DNA from: a virus | Taxonomy: Duplodnaviria > Caudoviricetes | Direction: 5' to 3' (one strand) | Length of the DNA: 64,000 bases | IMG/VR virus record: IMGVR_UViG_2934156241_000002 | Coordinates: 19,954 to 83,953 of that record | Shown: positions 9,540 to 18,728 of the stretch, one piece after another | Numbering within the stretch: the stretch's first letter is position 1 | How the letters are laid out: each line of letters opens with the position of its first letter | The notes under the pieces: generated by a model | What the model was told of the DNA's origin: nothing | Databases searched by the model: none | What the model saw: the letters and a program-made list of their open reading frames with translations, nothing else | Made by a program: the position numbers and the translations under genes

Positions 9540-9570
9540 GGCTGGTGCGGTCCTCTCCCATGCGTTGGTA

Positions 9571-9669
9571 CCGGCGATGGGCGAGGACTGCGAGCCCGCG
9601 GACTTCTACCGCGGCGCCCCGCCTCGCAAGCGGGACATGCCGTCATGGCCGGCCCTCGCCCGTCGCCGG
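9571..9669 (-). ncRNA. Candidate tRNA-like structured leader element
   Basis: 16-bp closing stem (one mismatch) enclosing three hairpins: catg-acgg-catg, cccgc-TTGCGAG-gcggg and ccgcgg-TAGAAGT-ccgcgg. Confidence 0.4.
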
Positions 9670-9776
9670 GCCGGTGCTGCCTTCGTTCCGGATGGGGCAG
9701 CTCCGGGGCCTTGCCAGCTTTCGGTGACGTCACCGGAAGTAGCAGAGCCGCGACGAAAGTTAGGGTGCCGCGGGGC

Positions 9777-9786
9777 TTACGTCGCC
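9777..9786 (-). promoter_or_regulatory. Late-promoter upstream box (ParB-N / small-terminase-like operon)
   Basis: GGCGACGTAA-N15-AACTTT, a variant copy. Confidence 0.5.
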
Positions 9787-9971
9787 CTCCCACCAACGGC
9801 GGTCTCATTGCTGTACTGTTTGTTTCGGCTGGGAGAGCGACCCAGCTACCTGGGCCTAGGTGTAACAAAAATCGGCGGTTGTCGTACTTCCATGTGTGAC
9901 GCCCCCGAGACATCCCCGCCCGGGACAAGTCCCAAACCCGGGCCGGCGTCCGGGGAAGGAAGGAACACCAC

Positions 9972-10577
9972 ATGGCGAACGACGCTGTTGAGGACACTCA
10001 GGCCGAACAGCCGGCCGGAGCGAGCCTGCTGCAAATCGGCCTGGTCGGCGCCCTGGCGCGGCTGATGACCGATCACCAGAAGACGGTCCTTACGCCGAAG
10101 ACGGACGGGCCCAAGGCCCCGCTGATCAAGGGCTACGTCGAGGGTGGCCAGTCCGACCTCGTCCTCCGCGTCGGGGACGACGTGATCGGCCGGTACAAGG
10201 TGAACCTGGCGCAGCCGAAGGTCGTGGTGGACCAGGACAACGAAGCGGCTCTCAACAGGTACGCCGACCAGAACGGCGGCACTGAGGTCGTCGTCCGCCG
10301 GAACAAGAAGTGGGAAGAGAGCCTGCTCAAGTACGCCAAGTACGACGAGGACACGGGCCTGATCATCGACACCCGCAACGGTCAGATCGTGCCCGGCCTC
10401 AAGTACGCGAAGGGCGGCGACCCTACGGGCAACCTGACCTTCACGTGGGAGCAGAAGGACGTCGGGAAGAAGCGGTTGCTGCGGCTCTACGAGTCGGGGG
10501 CCCTGGACCACCTCCTCAAGGACGCCCCTGAGCTGATGGCCGGTCCCCGGCCCTCCGCCGAGGACGCCCAGCACTGA
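9972..10577 (+). CDS. Hypothetical phage protein
   Basis: 201 aa with an AAGGA RBS; IIDTRNGQIVPGL recalls Gam/Gp157-type proteins only weakly. Confidence 0.7.
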   Translation: MANDAVEDTQAEQPAGASLLQIGLVGALARLMTDHQKTVLTPKTDGPKAPLIKGYVEGGQSDLVLRVGDDVIGRYKVNLAQPKVVVDQDNEAALNRYADQNGGTEVVVRRNKKWEESLLKYAKYDEDTGLIIDTRNGQIVPGLKYAKGGDPTGNLTFTWEQKDVGKKRLLRLYESGALDHLLKDAPELMAGPRPSAEDAQH

Positions 10578-10630
10578 CCGCACCGGGCCCGGCTCCCAAC
10601 GGCCGGGCCCCGCTTCCTTGAGGAACACCG

Positions 10631-10924
10631 ATGACTACCCCTACCGCCTTCATGGCTGAGGCACTTGCCAGCAGCATTTCCCACGCCGCGTTCCGTGTCC
10701 TGCACGTGCTCGCCCTGCACATGAATTCGGGGTGGGTCGACATCCCGCCCATCGCCGAAAAGTGCAGGATGACACCCCACCAGATCCGGCTGCCGCTCGC
10801 GGAACTGCGCGAGGTCCACCTGATCGAGCACGAGCGGCGCTACGAGACCGGCGCCACCGGCCGCAAGACCTGGCACACGTACGTGCGCCTCGTCGACGAC
10901 AGCACTTCCGAGGCAGCCGTATGA
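10631..10924 (+). CDS. Small winged-HTH protein
   Basis: AFRVLHVLAL...IAEKCRMTPHQIRLPLAELREVHLIE; GAGG RBS. Confidence 0.65.
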   Translation: MTTPTAFMAEALASSISHAAFRVLHVLALHMNSGWVDIPPIAEKCRMTPHQIRLPLAELREVHLIEHERRYETGATGRKTWHTYVRLVDDSTSEAAV

Positions 10925-11925
10925 GCAACACCCGCCCCCGCATCAAGCGGCGGACACCGTTCGTCATCGTCGAGTCGGCGACCGTCCGAGACGACCGCCT
11001 CAAGTACGCCGACCTGGGGCTGCTCACGTACCTCCTGGACCAGAGCGAGGAGTGGCAGGTCCGTTCCGAACAGCTCTCCAAGGGCGAGGGACGCGAGGGA
11101 CGCGACGCCGTCCGCAAGATGCTGCACCGACTTGCCTCCTGCGGGTACTACCGCCTGGAGCGCCGCCGCTTCCGTGACGGGAAGACGGCCATGGGCACGG
11201 CTGTCTCCGACCACCCCGTCGGCCAGTGGGCCGCCGACTACGTGACCTTCGGGGAAAAGCTCGACATCCCCGTCGTGGAGCAGGAGGACGGGTCCTTCCG
11301 CGTGAAGTACCCGGACGGCACGCTCGGCACCGACGGCTTCGAGACACCTGACAGGGACGCTGCGCCCCCGGGCGACGACGTACCGGAGGGCCCGGCGGAG
11401 GACGAGCCGAACCCGCCGGCCAAGGCGCCGCAGCCTGCTCGGCCCGTCACCGTGGCGAAGCGCGTTCCTCCCGCGAGGAAGACCACAGCCCCGAAGAAGA
11501 CCGCGCAAGAGCGGTCGGACGAGTCTGCGCAGAAGGCCGCGGAGAAGGCGCTCCTGGACGCAGACGCGGAAGAAGTCGCCAGTTGGTGGTGGGCGGAGGC
11601 GGAGCAGCGGTTCGGCCCGTACGTCGGCGACAAGAAGGGCTACGTCGCCATGCGGGGGCAGGTCCGGAACGCCCTGTTGAAGAACTACACCAAGAACCAG
11701 TGCGGCAAGGCGCTCATCCGTGCCGAGCGGCACTGGCCCACTGCCCAGCAGTGGCAGAACGCCCTGGGCATCGTCACCAACCACATTCAGCCCGGTGCCC
11801 GGGACGGCCGCGTCCCCTACAGCGACTCCGCCACCTGGGGCGCCACGGACAATGCCCCGTCGACCGTGGCGGCCGGCACCGACGACGCTGACGACGCCAC
11901 CTTCGGCGTGGTCGAACGACCGTAA
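10921..11925 (+). CDS. Phage replication initiator protein
   Basis: PFVIV...DDRLKYADLGLLTYLL...EGRDAVRKMLHRLASCGY; ATG 10921 overlaps the previous stop; followed by a helicase loader. Confidence 0.78.
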   Translation: MSNTRPRIKRRTPFVIVESATVRDDRLKYADLGLLTYLLDQSEEWQVRSEQLSKGEGREGRDAVRKMLHRLASCGYYRLERRRFRDGKTAMGTAVSDHPVGQWAADYVTFGEKLDIPVVEQEDGSFRVKYPDGTLGTDGFETPDRDAAPPGDDVPEGPAEDEPNPPAKAPQPARPVTVAKRVPPARKTTAPKKTAQERSDESAQKAAEKALLDADAEEVASWWWAEAEQRFGPYVGDKKGYVAMRGQVRNALLKNYTKNQCGKALIRAERHWPTAQQWQNALGIVTNHIQPGARDGRVPYSDSATWGATDNAPSTVAAGTDDADDATFGVVERP

Positions 11926-11930
11926 GGAGC

Positions 11931-12758
11931 GTGATCCCCATGACCATCACCGCCGACCCCGCGGCTCACGCCCTCGACGCGGGCATGCACGCTCTCGGCA
12001 GCCTCAGCGCGCATGTCCTCGGTGTGTTGGAGAGAGGCGGAGCGAACCTGGCCCAGCTCGGAATGCCTGCCCAGCCGGAGCCAGAGGACGGCCTGTGGGA
12101 CGACGTGAGCGTGCCGCAGACGCGGGCACGCCGGGACCTGTGGAAGCGGAGCATGACGGACGCGGCGCACGACGAGTACCTGCATTTTCGGTTCGAGCAC
12201 CTGGACCCGAACCAGAAGCCGAACACGCTGCGGAACTGGCTCGGCTCTCTCGTGGAGGGGAAGAAGCGCGGCGCCCGGCCGGAAGTCCTGAACATGATCG
12301 TCCCCGGCAACATCGGCAGCGGGAAGACGGCCGCACTCGCCGCTCTCGGCAACGAGGCCTCCGAGCGGGGTCTGGTCGTACGGTTCGTGAAGCACGCCAC
12401 CTACCTGACGTGGCGCCGGCCGGACTCCGCCCCTCACAACCTCACCGCGCACGAGGTGCGTGAACGGTTCGTCACCTGCGATCTGCTGATCCTCGATGAG
12501 CTCTGCGGCGAGATGGACATCACCGCCACGGAGTTCGCCCGCAAGGAGACGATCGACCTGATCGACTCCCGGGTCGCGGCCGGCCGACCCACGGCGTTCT
12601 CCACGAACCTGCGCAGCCGCAGTAAGCCGGGCAGCCCCGGTCTCGGCGTCGTGGACATCCTCGGAGAACGGCTGCTGTCCCGGCTCGAGGCCTCCGCGCA
12701 CCTGCTGAAGGTTCAGGGGCCGGACCGGCGGAAGCCCACGAAGGCACTCGACTGGTGA
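11931..12758 (+). CDS. DnaC/IstB-like helicase-loader ATPase
   Basis: Walker A GNIGSGKT, DLLILDEL, STNL, GERLLSRL, GPDRR. Confidence 0.88.
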   Translation: MIPMTITADPAAHALDAGMHALGSLSAHVLGVLERGGANLAQLGMPAQPEPEDGLWDDVSVPQTRARRDLWKRSMTDAAHDEYLHFRFEHLDPNQKPNTLRNWLGSLVEGKKRGARPEVLNMIVPGNIGSGKTAALAALGNEASERGLVVRFVKHATYLTWRRPDSAPHNLTAHEVRERFVTCDLLILDELCGEMDITATEFARKETIDLIDSRVAAGRPTAFSTNLRSRSKPGSPGLGVVDILGERLLSRLEASAHLLKVQGPDRRKPTKALDW

Positions 12759-12902
12759 ACGCCACCGCGGCGTACCGGCCCGGGAACTGACCCGCGGTGA
12801 GTACCGTCCGAGCGCCCGAGCGGAGGACGCTATATCGTTTGGTCGACCCGGAAGGCCACGAGCATAAGCCGACCGGGAAGACCCGAACGAAGGGATGGTG
12901 TC

Positions 12903-14096
12903 TTGCCGAAGCTGTCGTTTTTCCGCGCCCGAAGGGGCAACAATCCGGAACGGCCGCCGAGTTCTGGTGTACCTCCGCTCACCGGCTGGGAGTTGCTTGC
13001 CGCCACTCTCATCGTCCTGGGCGGCATCGCCGTCGGGGGCCTGGGCTTCTACGCGTCGTTCGACGCCGTGTCGACCAAGGCCGCGCAGTGGGGATTCACC
13101 GAGCCCTGGGTGCTCCCCACGGCCATCGACTCGGCCGTCCCCGTATTCACCGGGGCGTACCTCCTCCTCATCCGCATGGACATGCCGCTCGCGTGGGCGC
13201 GCCTCGTTCCCTGGGCGCTGAGCCTGACCACCTGCGCGCTGAACGTCGCGGCCGGCAACACCCTTTGGTCCAAGGTCGCGCACGGGGCCATGTCACTGCT
13301 CTGGGTCGCCGTCTCCGAGATCGCCGCGCACGTCTACGCCGTTCGGATCGGAGCGGTCACCGGCCGTCGGCGCCGCCTGGACAAGGTCCGGTGGTCGCGC
13401 TGGCTCCTCTCCCCGCTGCCTACCTTCCGGCTCTGGCGCCGGATGAAGCTGTGGGAGCTGGCCTCGTACGACACCGTGCTCAAGCTGGAGCAGGACCGTC
13501 TGGTGTACCAGGCCAAGCTGCAAGGCAAGTTCGGCCGGAACTGGCGCAAGAAGGCCCCAGTTGAAGCCGTGTTGCCGCTGCGCCTGGCCCGCAACGGCAT
13601 CCCCTTGGCCGAGACCGCCGCTGAGGGCCTGGCCGCAGCCGGCATCGATCCGACCCGCGTCCTGCCCGCCCGGCCCATCCCGGCCGAGCTGGAAGCGCCG
13701 AGGTCCGCGTCGGCCCCCCTAGCTGCAGCCGCCCCTCGGAAGCCGACGGTCACTGTCCCGGTCCAGCAGAAGACTCCCGCGCCCCCCGCGAAACTGGCCG
13801 GTCCGGAGCCCGCCGTGGACGAGCACGTTGGCAAGGATGACCGGGAGCCGATCTCCGAGAACGACCTGTACGACGTGGTCGTGGCCGCGCTAAAGGCAAA
13901 TGAAGCCTGGCGCTTCGCGCAAGGAGGAGACCTCACCGGTACAGGGATGGGCCGCCTGCTCCATCAGTCGTCCGGGAACGGCCGGAAGGTCCGCAACCGG
14001 ATCCTGACCCGCTACGCCTCCCACCTCAGCGACCAGGGAGTGGCCGTGCCGGAGAACTTCACCATCGAGGACCTGATGACCACAGCTAGCGTGTAG
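12903..14096 (+). CDS. DUF2637 / Spd-like membrane protein (plasmid-spread type)
   Basis: Four TM helices with FYASFDAV...LPTAID...ALNVAAG...AHGAM, then RWLLSPLPTFRLWRRMKLW. Confidence 0.75.
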   Translation: MPKLSFFRARRGNNPERPPSSGVPPLTGWELLAATLIVLGGIAVGGLGFYASFDAVSTKAAQWGFTEPWVLPTAIDSAVPVFTGAYLLLIRMDMPLAWARLVPWALSLTTCALNVAAGNTLWSKVAHGAMSLLWVAVSEIAAHVYAVRIGAVTGRRRRLDKVRWSRWLLSPLPTFRLWRRMKLWELASYDTVLKLEQDRLVYQAKLQGKFGRNWRKKAPVEAVLPLRLARNGIPLAETAAEGLAAAGIDPTRVLPARPIPAELEAPRSASAPLAAAAPRKPTVTVPVQQKTPAPPAKLAGPEPAVDEHVGKDDREPISENDLYDVVVAALKANEAWRFAQGGDLTGTGMGRLLHQSSGNGRKVRNRILTRYASHLSDQGVAVPENFTIEDLMTTASV

Positions 14097-14172
14097 GGCA
14101 TCCTGCCCCCACCCGTACCAATGCGGCGGGCCCCCGACCAGGGTGCCCGCCGCCTGCATGATCGGACCCACC

Positions 14173-14589
14173 ATGACACCGGAGATCCTGGCCCGGATCA
14201 CCGCCGCCCGTGCCGCCCGTGACCTTTCCGACCTCGCCCGGCAGGCAGTCGGCACGACAGCCGAGACGATCAGCCCCGCCGAACGCATCCGGAGCGCGCG
14301 CCGTCTCCGGAAGATGGCCAACGACCTGGTCGACCTGGTCGTCCTGGCCGAGGCCCTGGCCGGCGCCGACTGGCCCGAGATCACCGGCGCGCTGAGCCCC
14401 CGTCTGGACCCGGACACCGTGAAAGAGGAGTACGCCGAGTCGGTCGCCGAGTGGGCCGCCACGACCGAGGCCGAGGCGGAGGAAGCGGGCGCGGGGCTGG
14501 AGGACCTGGACAGCTGGTATGCCCGGCATCGCGAGGACCACGACCCTGACCTCGAGAAACCTGTCGCTGATCTGCTGAATCGGCGTTGA
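14173..14589 (+). CDS. Hypothetical protein
   Basis: Helical 138-aa ORF with high GC3; GADWPEITGAL is an HTH-like segment. Confidence 0.6.
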   Translation: MTPEILARITAARAARDLSDLARQAVGTTAETISPAERIRSARRLRKMANDLVDLVVLAEALAGADWPEITGALSPRLDPDTVKEEYAESVAEWAATTEAEAEEAGAGLEDLDSWYARHREDHDPDLEKPVADLLNRR

Positions 14590-14706
14590 GTTCAGCCTTC
14601 GGGCGGGTAGAATAGTACAGCGATGAGACCGGCGAGAGCTTAAGGCTGCCGCCAGCCCATCCTCCGCGGGAGAGCAACCCGCGGAAGCCCGAACGAAGGA
14701 ACCCCG

Positions 14707-16446
14707 ATGCCTGGTATCACCGCGCCTCAGCGCGAGCGCCGATCCCGGAAGCCGACCGGCCTCCCCAACCCCCCGCTGATGCTGCTCGTCGGACCGGAGA
14801 AGTCCGGGAAGAGCTACGAGGCCGCCCTCGGCACCAGCTCCGACCTGATCGGCACGACGTACTGGATCGAGATCGGCGGGTCCGAGGGCACCGCGGACTA
14901 CTACGGCCGCATTCGCGGCGCCCGGTACGAAATCGTCGAGCACAACGGCACCTACCAGGACATCCTCGACGCCGTCCGCTGGGCCATCGCACAGCCGCCC
15001 GTCAACGGCAAGCAGAACATGATCGTCGTGGACAACGGCAGCAACCTGTGGGACATGCTCAGTGACGAGCAAGCCCTCTTCGCCCGCCGCCGGGCAGTGC
15101 AGAAGGCGCAGAGGAACCGGCAGCGCAGCCCCGGCCTGGACGACCCGGTCGTCATCGACTCCGACCTGTGGAACCGTGCCAAGGACCGGTGGGGGGAGTT
15201 CCTGTGGCTGCTGCGCCGGCACTCCGGCCCGACCCTCCTGCTCGCCCGTCAGGAACTTGTCACGGCGTTCGAGAACGACAAGCCCACTCGGGACAAGACC
15301 CGCAAGATCAAGGCGGAGAAGAACCTCCCGGCCGCAGTCGACGCCATCGTGGAACTCCACACCTTCGGCGAGGCGCACCTGACCGGCGTCCGCACTCTGC
15401 ACTGGGACGTCAAGCCGGGGGAATCCGTCGGCTTCCCCGATTTCAGCGTTGACACCCTGCTGCGCCGCCTGGGATACGAGGACGCTGCTACCTCCCGGCA
15501 GGTCATCGAGTCTCGCCCGGAGGCGTACCTGCAGGAGCAGGAGCAGCGACAGGAGCAGCGACAGGGGCAGGGGCAGGGGCAGGGGCAGCAGCGCCAACAG
15601 CGGACGTCTGCGGAAACGGCGGTTGCGCCGCCAGCGCTCTCCGGAAAGCAGGCCGTAGACCTGATCCACAAGGCACACACCAACGAGTCCGACCCGGAAG
15701 CGTGCTTGCACGCTCTCCGTGAGGAGTGGGGCTTCCGCACTCTCCAGCAGATCCCGACCAAGACGAATATGTGGGGCGAACGGAACGCGGATGACCTCAT
15801 CACCGTGTGCCTCACCCACATCAAAGAGGAGGCTGCGAAACGGAAGCTGACCACGAAGGGGAACCAGCCGACCGAGCCGACCGCCGCACCGGCACCGCCG
15901 GGCAAGGCCGAGCCGGCGCGCGAACACAGCGAGCCCTCAAGCACGGCTCAGACAACCGTCAGGCCGCAGGCTGAGCAGCCACCGCTGGACGAGCACGAAG
16001 CACCTCCGCCGCCGGACCCGCAGGCCGAGGAACCTTCGCCGGCCGAGACCCCGGAGGAGACCAGTGCGGCCGAGGAGCCGCAGGACCTCCCGGCCCCGCC
16101 CCCGACGAAATCCTCGCAGCCCCGGAAGCGGGCCGCGCCGAAGTCCATGCGAGCGGACGATCCGAAGGCGATCGCGCGCCAGGCGTTGCGCGACGAGGCC
16201 GAAGTCCAAGCCCGGGTGAAGTTTGTGACGGTGGGTGAACACCTGGGGCCGATCGAAGAGGCCGGGGACCCTGGCCTGGGAGAGCTCCGGGACTTCGTTC
16301 AGCAGCATCGGGCCGAGGTCATCGCCCTCCTCGAAGAAGCCGACGAGGGGGACCTTGCCGAGGTGTACCGCCGGGCTCCCATGCCGGATCTCGGTATCAA
16401 GCAGAAGTTCGCCCAGTACCTCGATGGTGCGCGCGCCGAACGATGA
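14707..16446 (+). CDS. AAA_24/Sak4-like P-loop ATPase with low-complexity C-terminal region
   Basis: LLVGPEKSGKS Walker A, IVVDN, LLLARQ; Q/G repeat near 15532-15600. Confidence 0.75.
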   Translation: MPGITAPQRERRSRKPTGLPNPPLMLLVGPEKSGKSYEAALGTSSDLIGTTYWIEIGGSEGTADYYGRIRGARYEIVEHNGTYQDILDAVRWAIAQPPVNGKQNMIVVDNGSNLWDMLSDEQALFARRRAVQKAQRNRQRSPGLDDPVVIDSDLWNRAKDRWGEFLWLLRRHSGPTLLLARQELVTAFENDKPTRDKTRKIKAEKNLPAAVDAIVELHTFGEAHLTGVRTLHWDVKPGESVGFPDFSVDTLLRRLGYEDAATSRQVIESRPEAYLQEQEQRQEQRQGQGQGQGQQRQQRTSAETAVAPPALSGKQAVDLIHKAHTNESDPEACLHALREEWGFRTLQQIPTKTNMWGERNADDLITVCLTHIKEEAAKRKLTTKGNQPTEPTAAPAPPGKAEPAREHSEPSSTAQTTVRPQAEQPPLDEHEAPPPPDPQAEEPSPAETPEETSAAEEPQDLPAPPPTKSSQPRKRAAPKSMRADDPKAIARQALRDEAEVQARVKFVTVGEHLGPIEEAGDPGLGELRDFVQQHRAEVIALLEEADEGDLAEVYRRAPMPDLGIKQKFAQYLDGARAER

Positions 16447-17232
16447 GGTGACGTGACGTGACGCGCGCCCGGGGACCCATGGGCGCGCGTACGAACGTCG
16501 CTGTGTCGTCCACCTCGTCACGTCACCTCACCTCGCAGGACACGGCGCGCGCCTGCGCTCGATATGCGCGCCCGACCGATGCGCGGGCGCGCCAGCGCGC
16601 GATCGCCTGGGCGCGCCTCAGGGGCGCGCGGCCGCGCGCTTGGTCGAACGCGCGTCCAGGCGTGCCGCGCCCTCATCAGGCGCGCCGCGCGTTGATCAGG
16701 CGCGCCCTCGCCCGCGCGGCCGCGCGATCGGCCTGGGGCGCGCCGCGCGCCAGGCAATGCGCGCCCCGCCGATCGCGCGCGCGGTGTTCCTGGACGAAAC
16801 GATCGCGCGCCGCGCCCTCACAGCCGCTCGCCACGGCGCGCTCATGTGGCGCGCCTGCCGATTTGAAGGCGCGCGGCGCATGACCTGCACTTTTGCCGGA
16901 GCGCGCCTTGTTCAGTCAGGGCGCGCGCCTGCGGCCGGGCCGCCCGCTTAGTCCGCCGGGGGCGCGCGCGGCGGAGGCGGCGCGGGTCCTCGAGCTTGCC
17001 GGCGGCGGCGCGGTCCAGGCGTTCGGTGTGGCGCGCTCGTCTGCCGCGCCGCGCGCCCTTCCGGTGACCGCGGCGGCCCGGCGCGCTCTCGGCCGCGCGC
17101 TGTAGCGCGCCCGGGTACGACGAAGGGCGCGCCCCCAGGCGCGCCCTCTCTCACGATCCGATAGGTGATGGCGCGCCTCTACGGCGCGCCCTTCCCAGCG
17201 GCCCGGCGAACCGCGCGCGCGTCACGGCGCGC
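16429..17232. repeat. Dense array of GCGCGC/GGCGCGCC palindromes
   Basis: About 34 non-overlapping GCGCGC by manual count, with irregular spacers; 15-bp inverted repeat at 16444-16458 / 16516-16530. Confidence 0.85.
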
Positions 17233-18003
17233 TTCCTTCTTGCCCTCGCGCAGCTCCGCGCGGACCTGGTGCAGGAGCGTTGACAATTCCTCCGGATGCT
17301 TCTCCCCGAGGAGGCGAAGCGCACGCAGGCGGACGTTCGGCTCGGCCGGCATCCGCCCGTTTCGCGCCTCGGCATACTGGATGGCGTACCGCAGGAAACT
17401 CTGCTCCGCTGTCACGCGGTCTCGGAACTTCTGCACCCGGCCGTCGTGTTCCTTTCGCTTCTCGTCAGGCGCGGCCGCCGGCAGGAACCGCCCCGGGTCC
17501 TCTGCCATTACCTGACAGATGGCGTCGGACCTGACCGCTACTCTCGGTGAACGAAACGCGAGGGCTTGCACGCGTCGCGGGACCGGTCCGGTAACCGGCG
17601 CGTTGAGGACGAACGCTGTCCATCGTCGGGTGAACGTCTCATCGTCGAGCGCTGCGAGATGCTTGGCCTCTTCGTAGGCCAGGTCTTCGACGACGTCCTG
17701 GTACGGGCCCATCGCTTCTTGCAGGCTGGCGCGGAACGGGGCGAGGCGGGCCGCCTGCTCTCGCTTGGTCTCGTTCTCCTGCCTGGGCAGGAAGCTGCGC
17801 ACCGTCTTGATCGCGGTCTCCAGTGCGTCGAGTGTCCGCGGTGCCATCTGCGGTGAGGCGAGTGCTGCGGCCTGGACGTCGACCGGGGCGCCGGTCCGAT
17901 GGCCACCCATGACGTGGTGGACGACCACGTTGACGAACCCTTCGGGGGCCATGCTCGAAAGGCGTTTGAGCTCCGCCGCAATCTCGTCGTGCCCTGTGGC
18001 CAT
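17179..18003 (-). CDS. Hypothetical helical protein with an internal duplication
   Basis: Start MATGHDE after a GGAGG RBS; VQAAALASPQMA and VQALAFRSPRVA are repeated units. Confidence 0.7.
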   Translation of the reverse strand: MATGHDEIAAELKRLSSMAPEGFVNVVVHHVMGGHRTGAPVDVQAAALASPQMAPRTLDALETAIKTVRSFLPRQENETKREQAARLAPFRASLQEAMGPYQDVVEDLAYEEAKHLAALDDETFTRRWTAFVLNAPVTGPVPRRVQALAFRSPRVAVRSDAICQVMAEDPGRFLPAAAPDEKRKEHDGRVQKFRDRVTAEQSFLRYAIQYAEARNGRMPAEPNVRLRALRLLGEKHPEELSTLLHQVRAELREGKKEARRDARAVRRAAGKGAP

Positions 18004-18329
18004 GCGGTGTGGTCCTCCGGTTCGGGTGGTGCCCGTTGCTCTCGGGCCTCGGTGGGCGTTGTACCTGCCGGGACAGGGAGAGGTGGCCGTACCGAGCCGA
18101 GCGACAGCGTGTGCCGGTTCATCGCAGGAGCAACCGCTCCCCGGCCCCGAGTGCTCTGCACGCACCCGGTGGTCTCGAAGGCACTTTGTCAGGCCCGCCC
18201 TGGGAAAGGGACACCTCGGTGTCATGCCCAAGGCCTGACGGCTTCCTCAACGCTTGTCGCGGCAGCGGTACGGCCACCTCGAGTGCCGATGGTACCCGCC
18301 GACCAGGGGAAGGACGGGCGTCACCATCG

Positions 18330-18653
18330 CTATCCGGCCTGCTGAGGCGCCTTCTTCGTCGTCAGGGCCTCGATCCACGGGGCGAGCTTGCTCGGCTTCC
18401 ACAGGAGGTCGTAGCTCGTCTGGGAGGCCGCCAGCACGCCGACGACGGTCGCGGCCGTGAGCTGCCCATGCTGGAACTGGCTCCACCCGCCATCTGCGGC
18501 GACGGTGACAACGCCGGCGAGGAGTGCTGCCTCGACAGCGATGACCTTCTTGGCCTTCGCCGACCAGGCGGGCCGCTGCACGACCGCGGTCAGCAGCGGG
18601 AGGACGGCGCCGACCTGGCCGCCGATAGCGAGAGCGTTGAGCGTGGTGGTCAT
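18330..18653 (-). CDS. Holin
   Basis: 107 aa, three TM helices, LPLLTAVVQRPAWS...YDLLWKP; at the end of the tail cluster. Confidence 0.78.
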   Translation of the reverse strand: MTTTLNALAIGGQVGAVLPLLTAVVQRPAWSAKAKKVIAVEAALLAGVVTVAADGGWSQFQHGQLTAATVVGVLAASQTSYDLLWKPSKLAPWIEALTTKKAPQQAG

Positions 18654-18711
18654 AGGTTCTGCCCTTCATGCAAGGTTGCGTGTCGGGCGGACTGTGTGCG
18701 GCGTTGGCGTC

Positions 18712-18721
18712 TTGCGTCGCG
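18712..18721 (-). promoter_or_regulatory. Late-promoter upstream box (holin)
   Basis: CGCGACGCAA-N15-CACAGT. Confidence 0.65.
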
Positions 18722-18728
18722 TCCTTGC

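Noticed and set aside
9571-9669. Bona fide tRNA-Arg(GCG)
   Set aside because: No TTC in the T loop, a poor D arm and no 7-bp acceptor stem; kept only as tRNA-like.
9972-10577. Gam-like host-nuclease inhibitor call
   Set aside because: Only a short C-terminal motif resembles it; not enough support without an HMM search.
15532-15600. caggag/cagggg microsatellite as a contingency locus or G-quadruplex
   Set aside because: In-frame 6-bp units encoding a Q/G linker; length changes would not switch expression.
16458-17154. Arg/Ala-rich ORFs over the GCGCGC array
   Set aside because: Composition is simply the translation of the repeats; no consistent frame or RBS.
16429-17232. CRISPR array
   Set aside because: The repeat unit is only 6-8 bp with irregular spacing, and no cas genes are present.
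18252-18261. Possible extra late-promoter box CGCGACAAGC
   Set aside because: The last positions deviate and no CANNNT follows at 14-15 nt.
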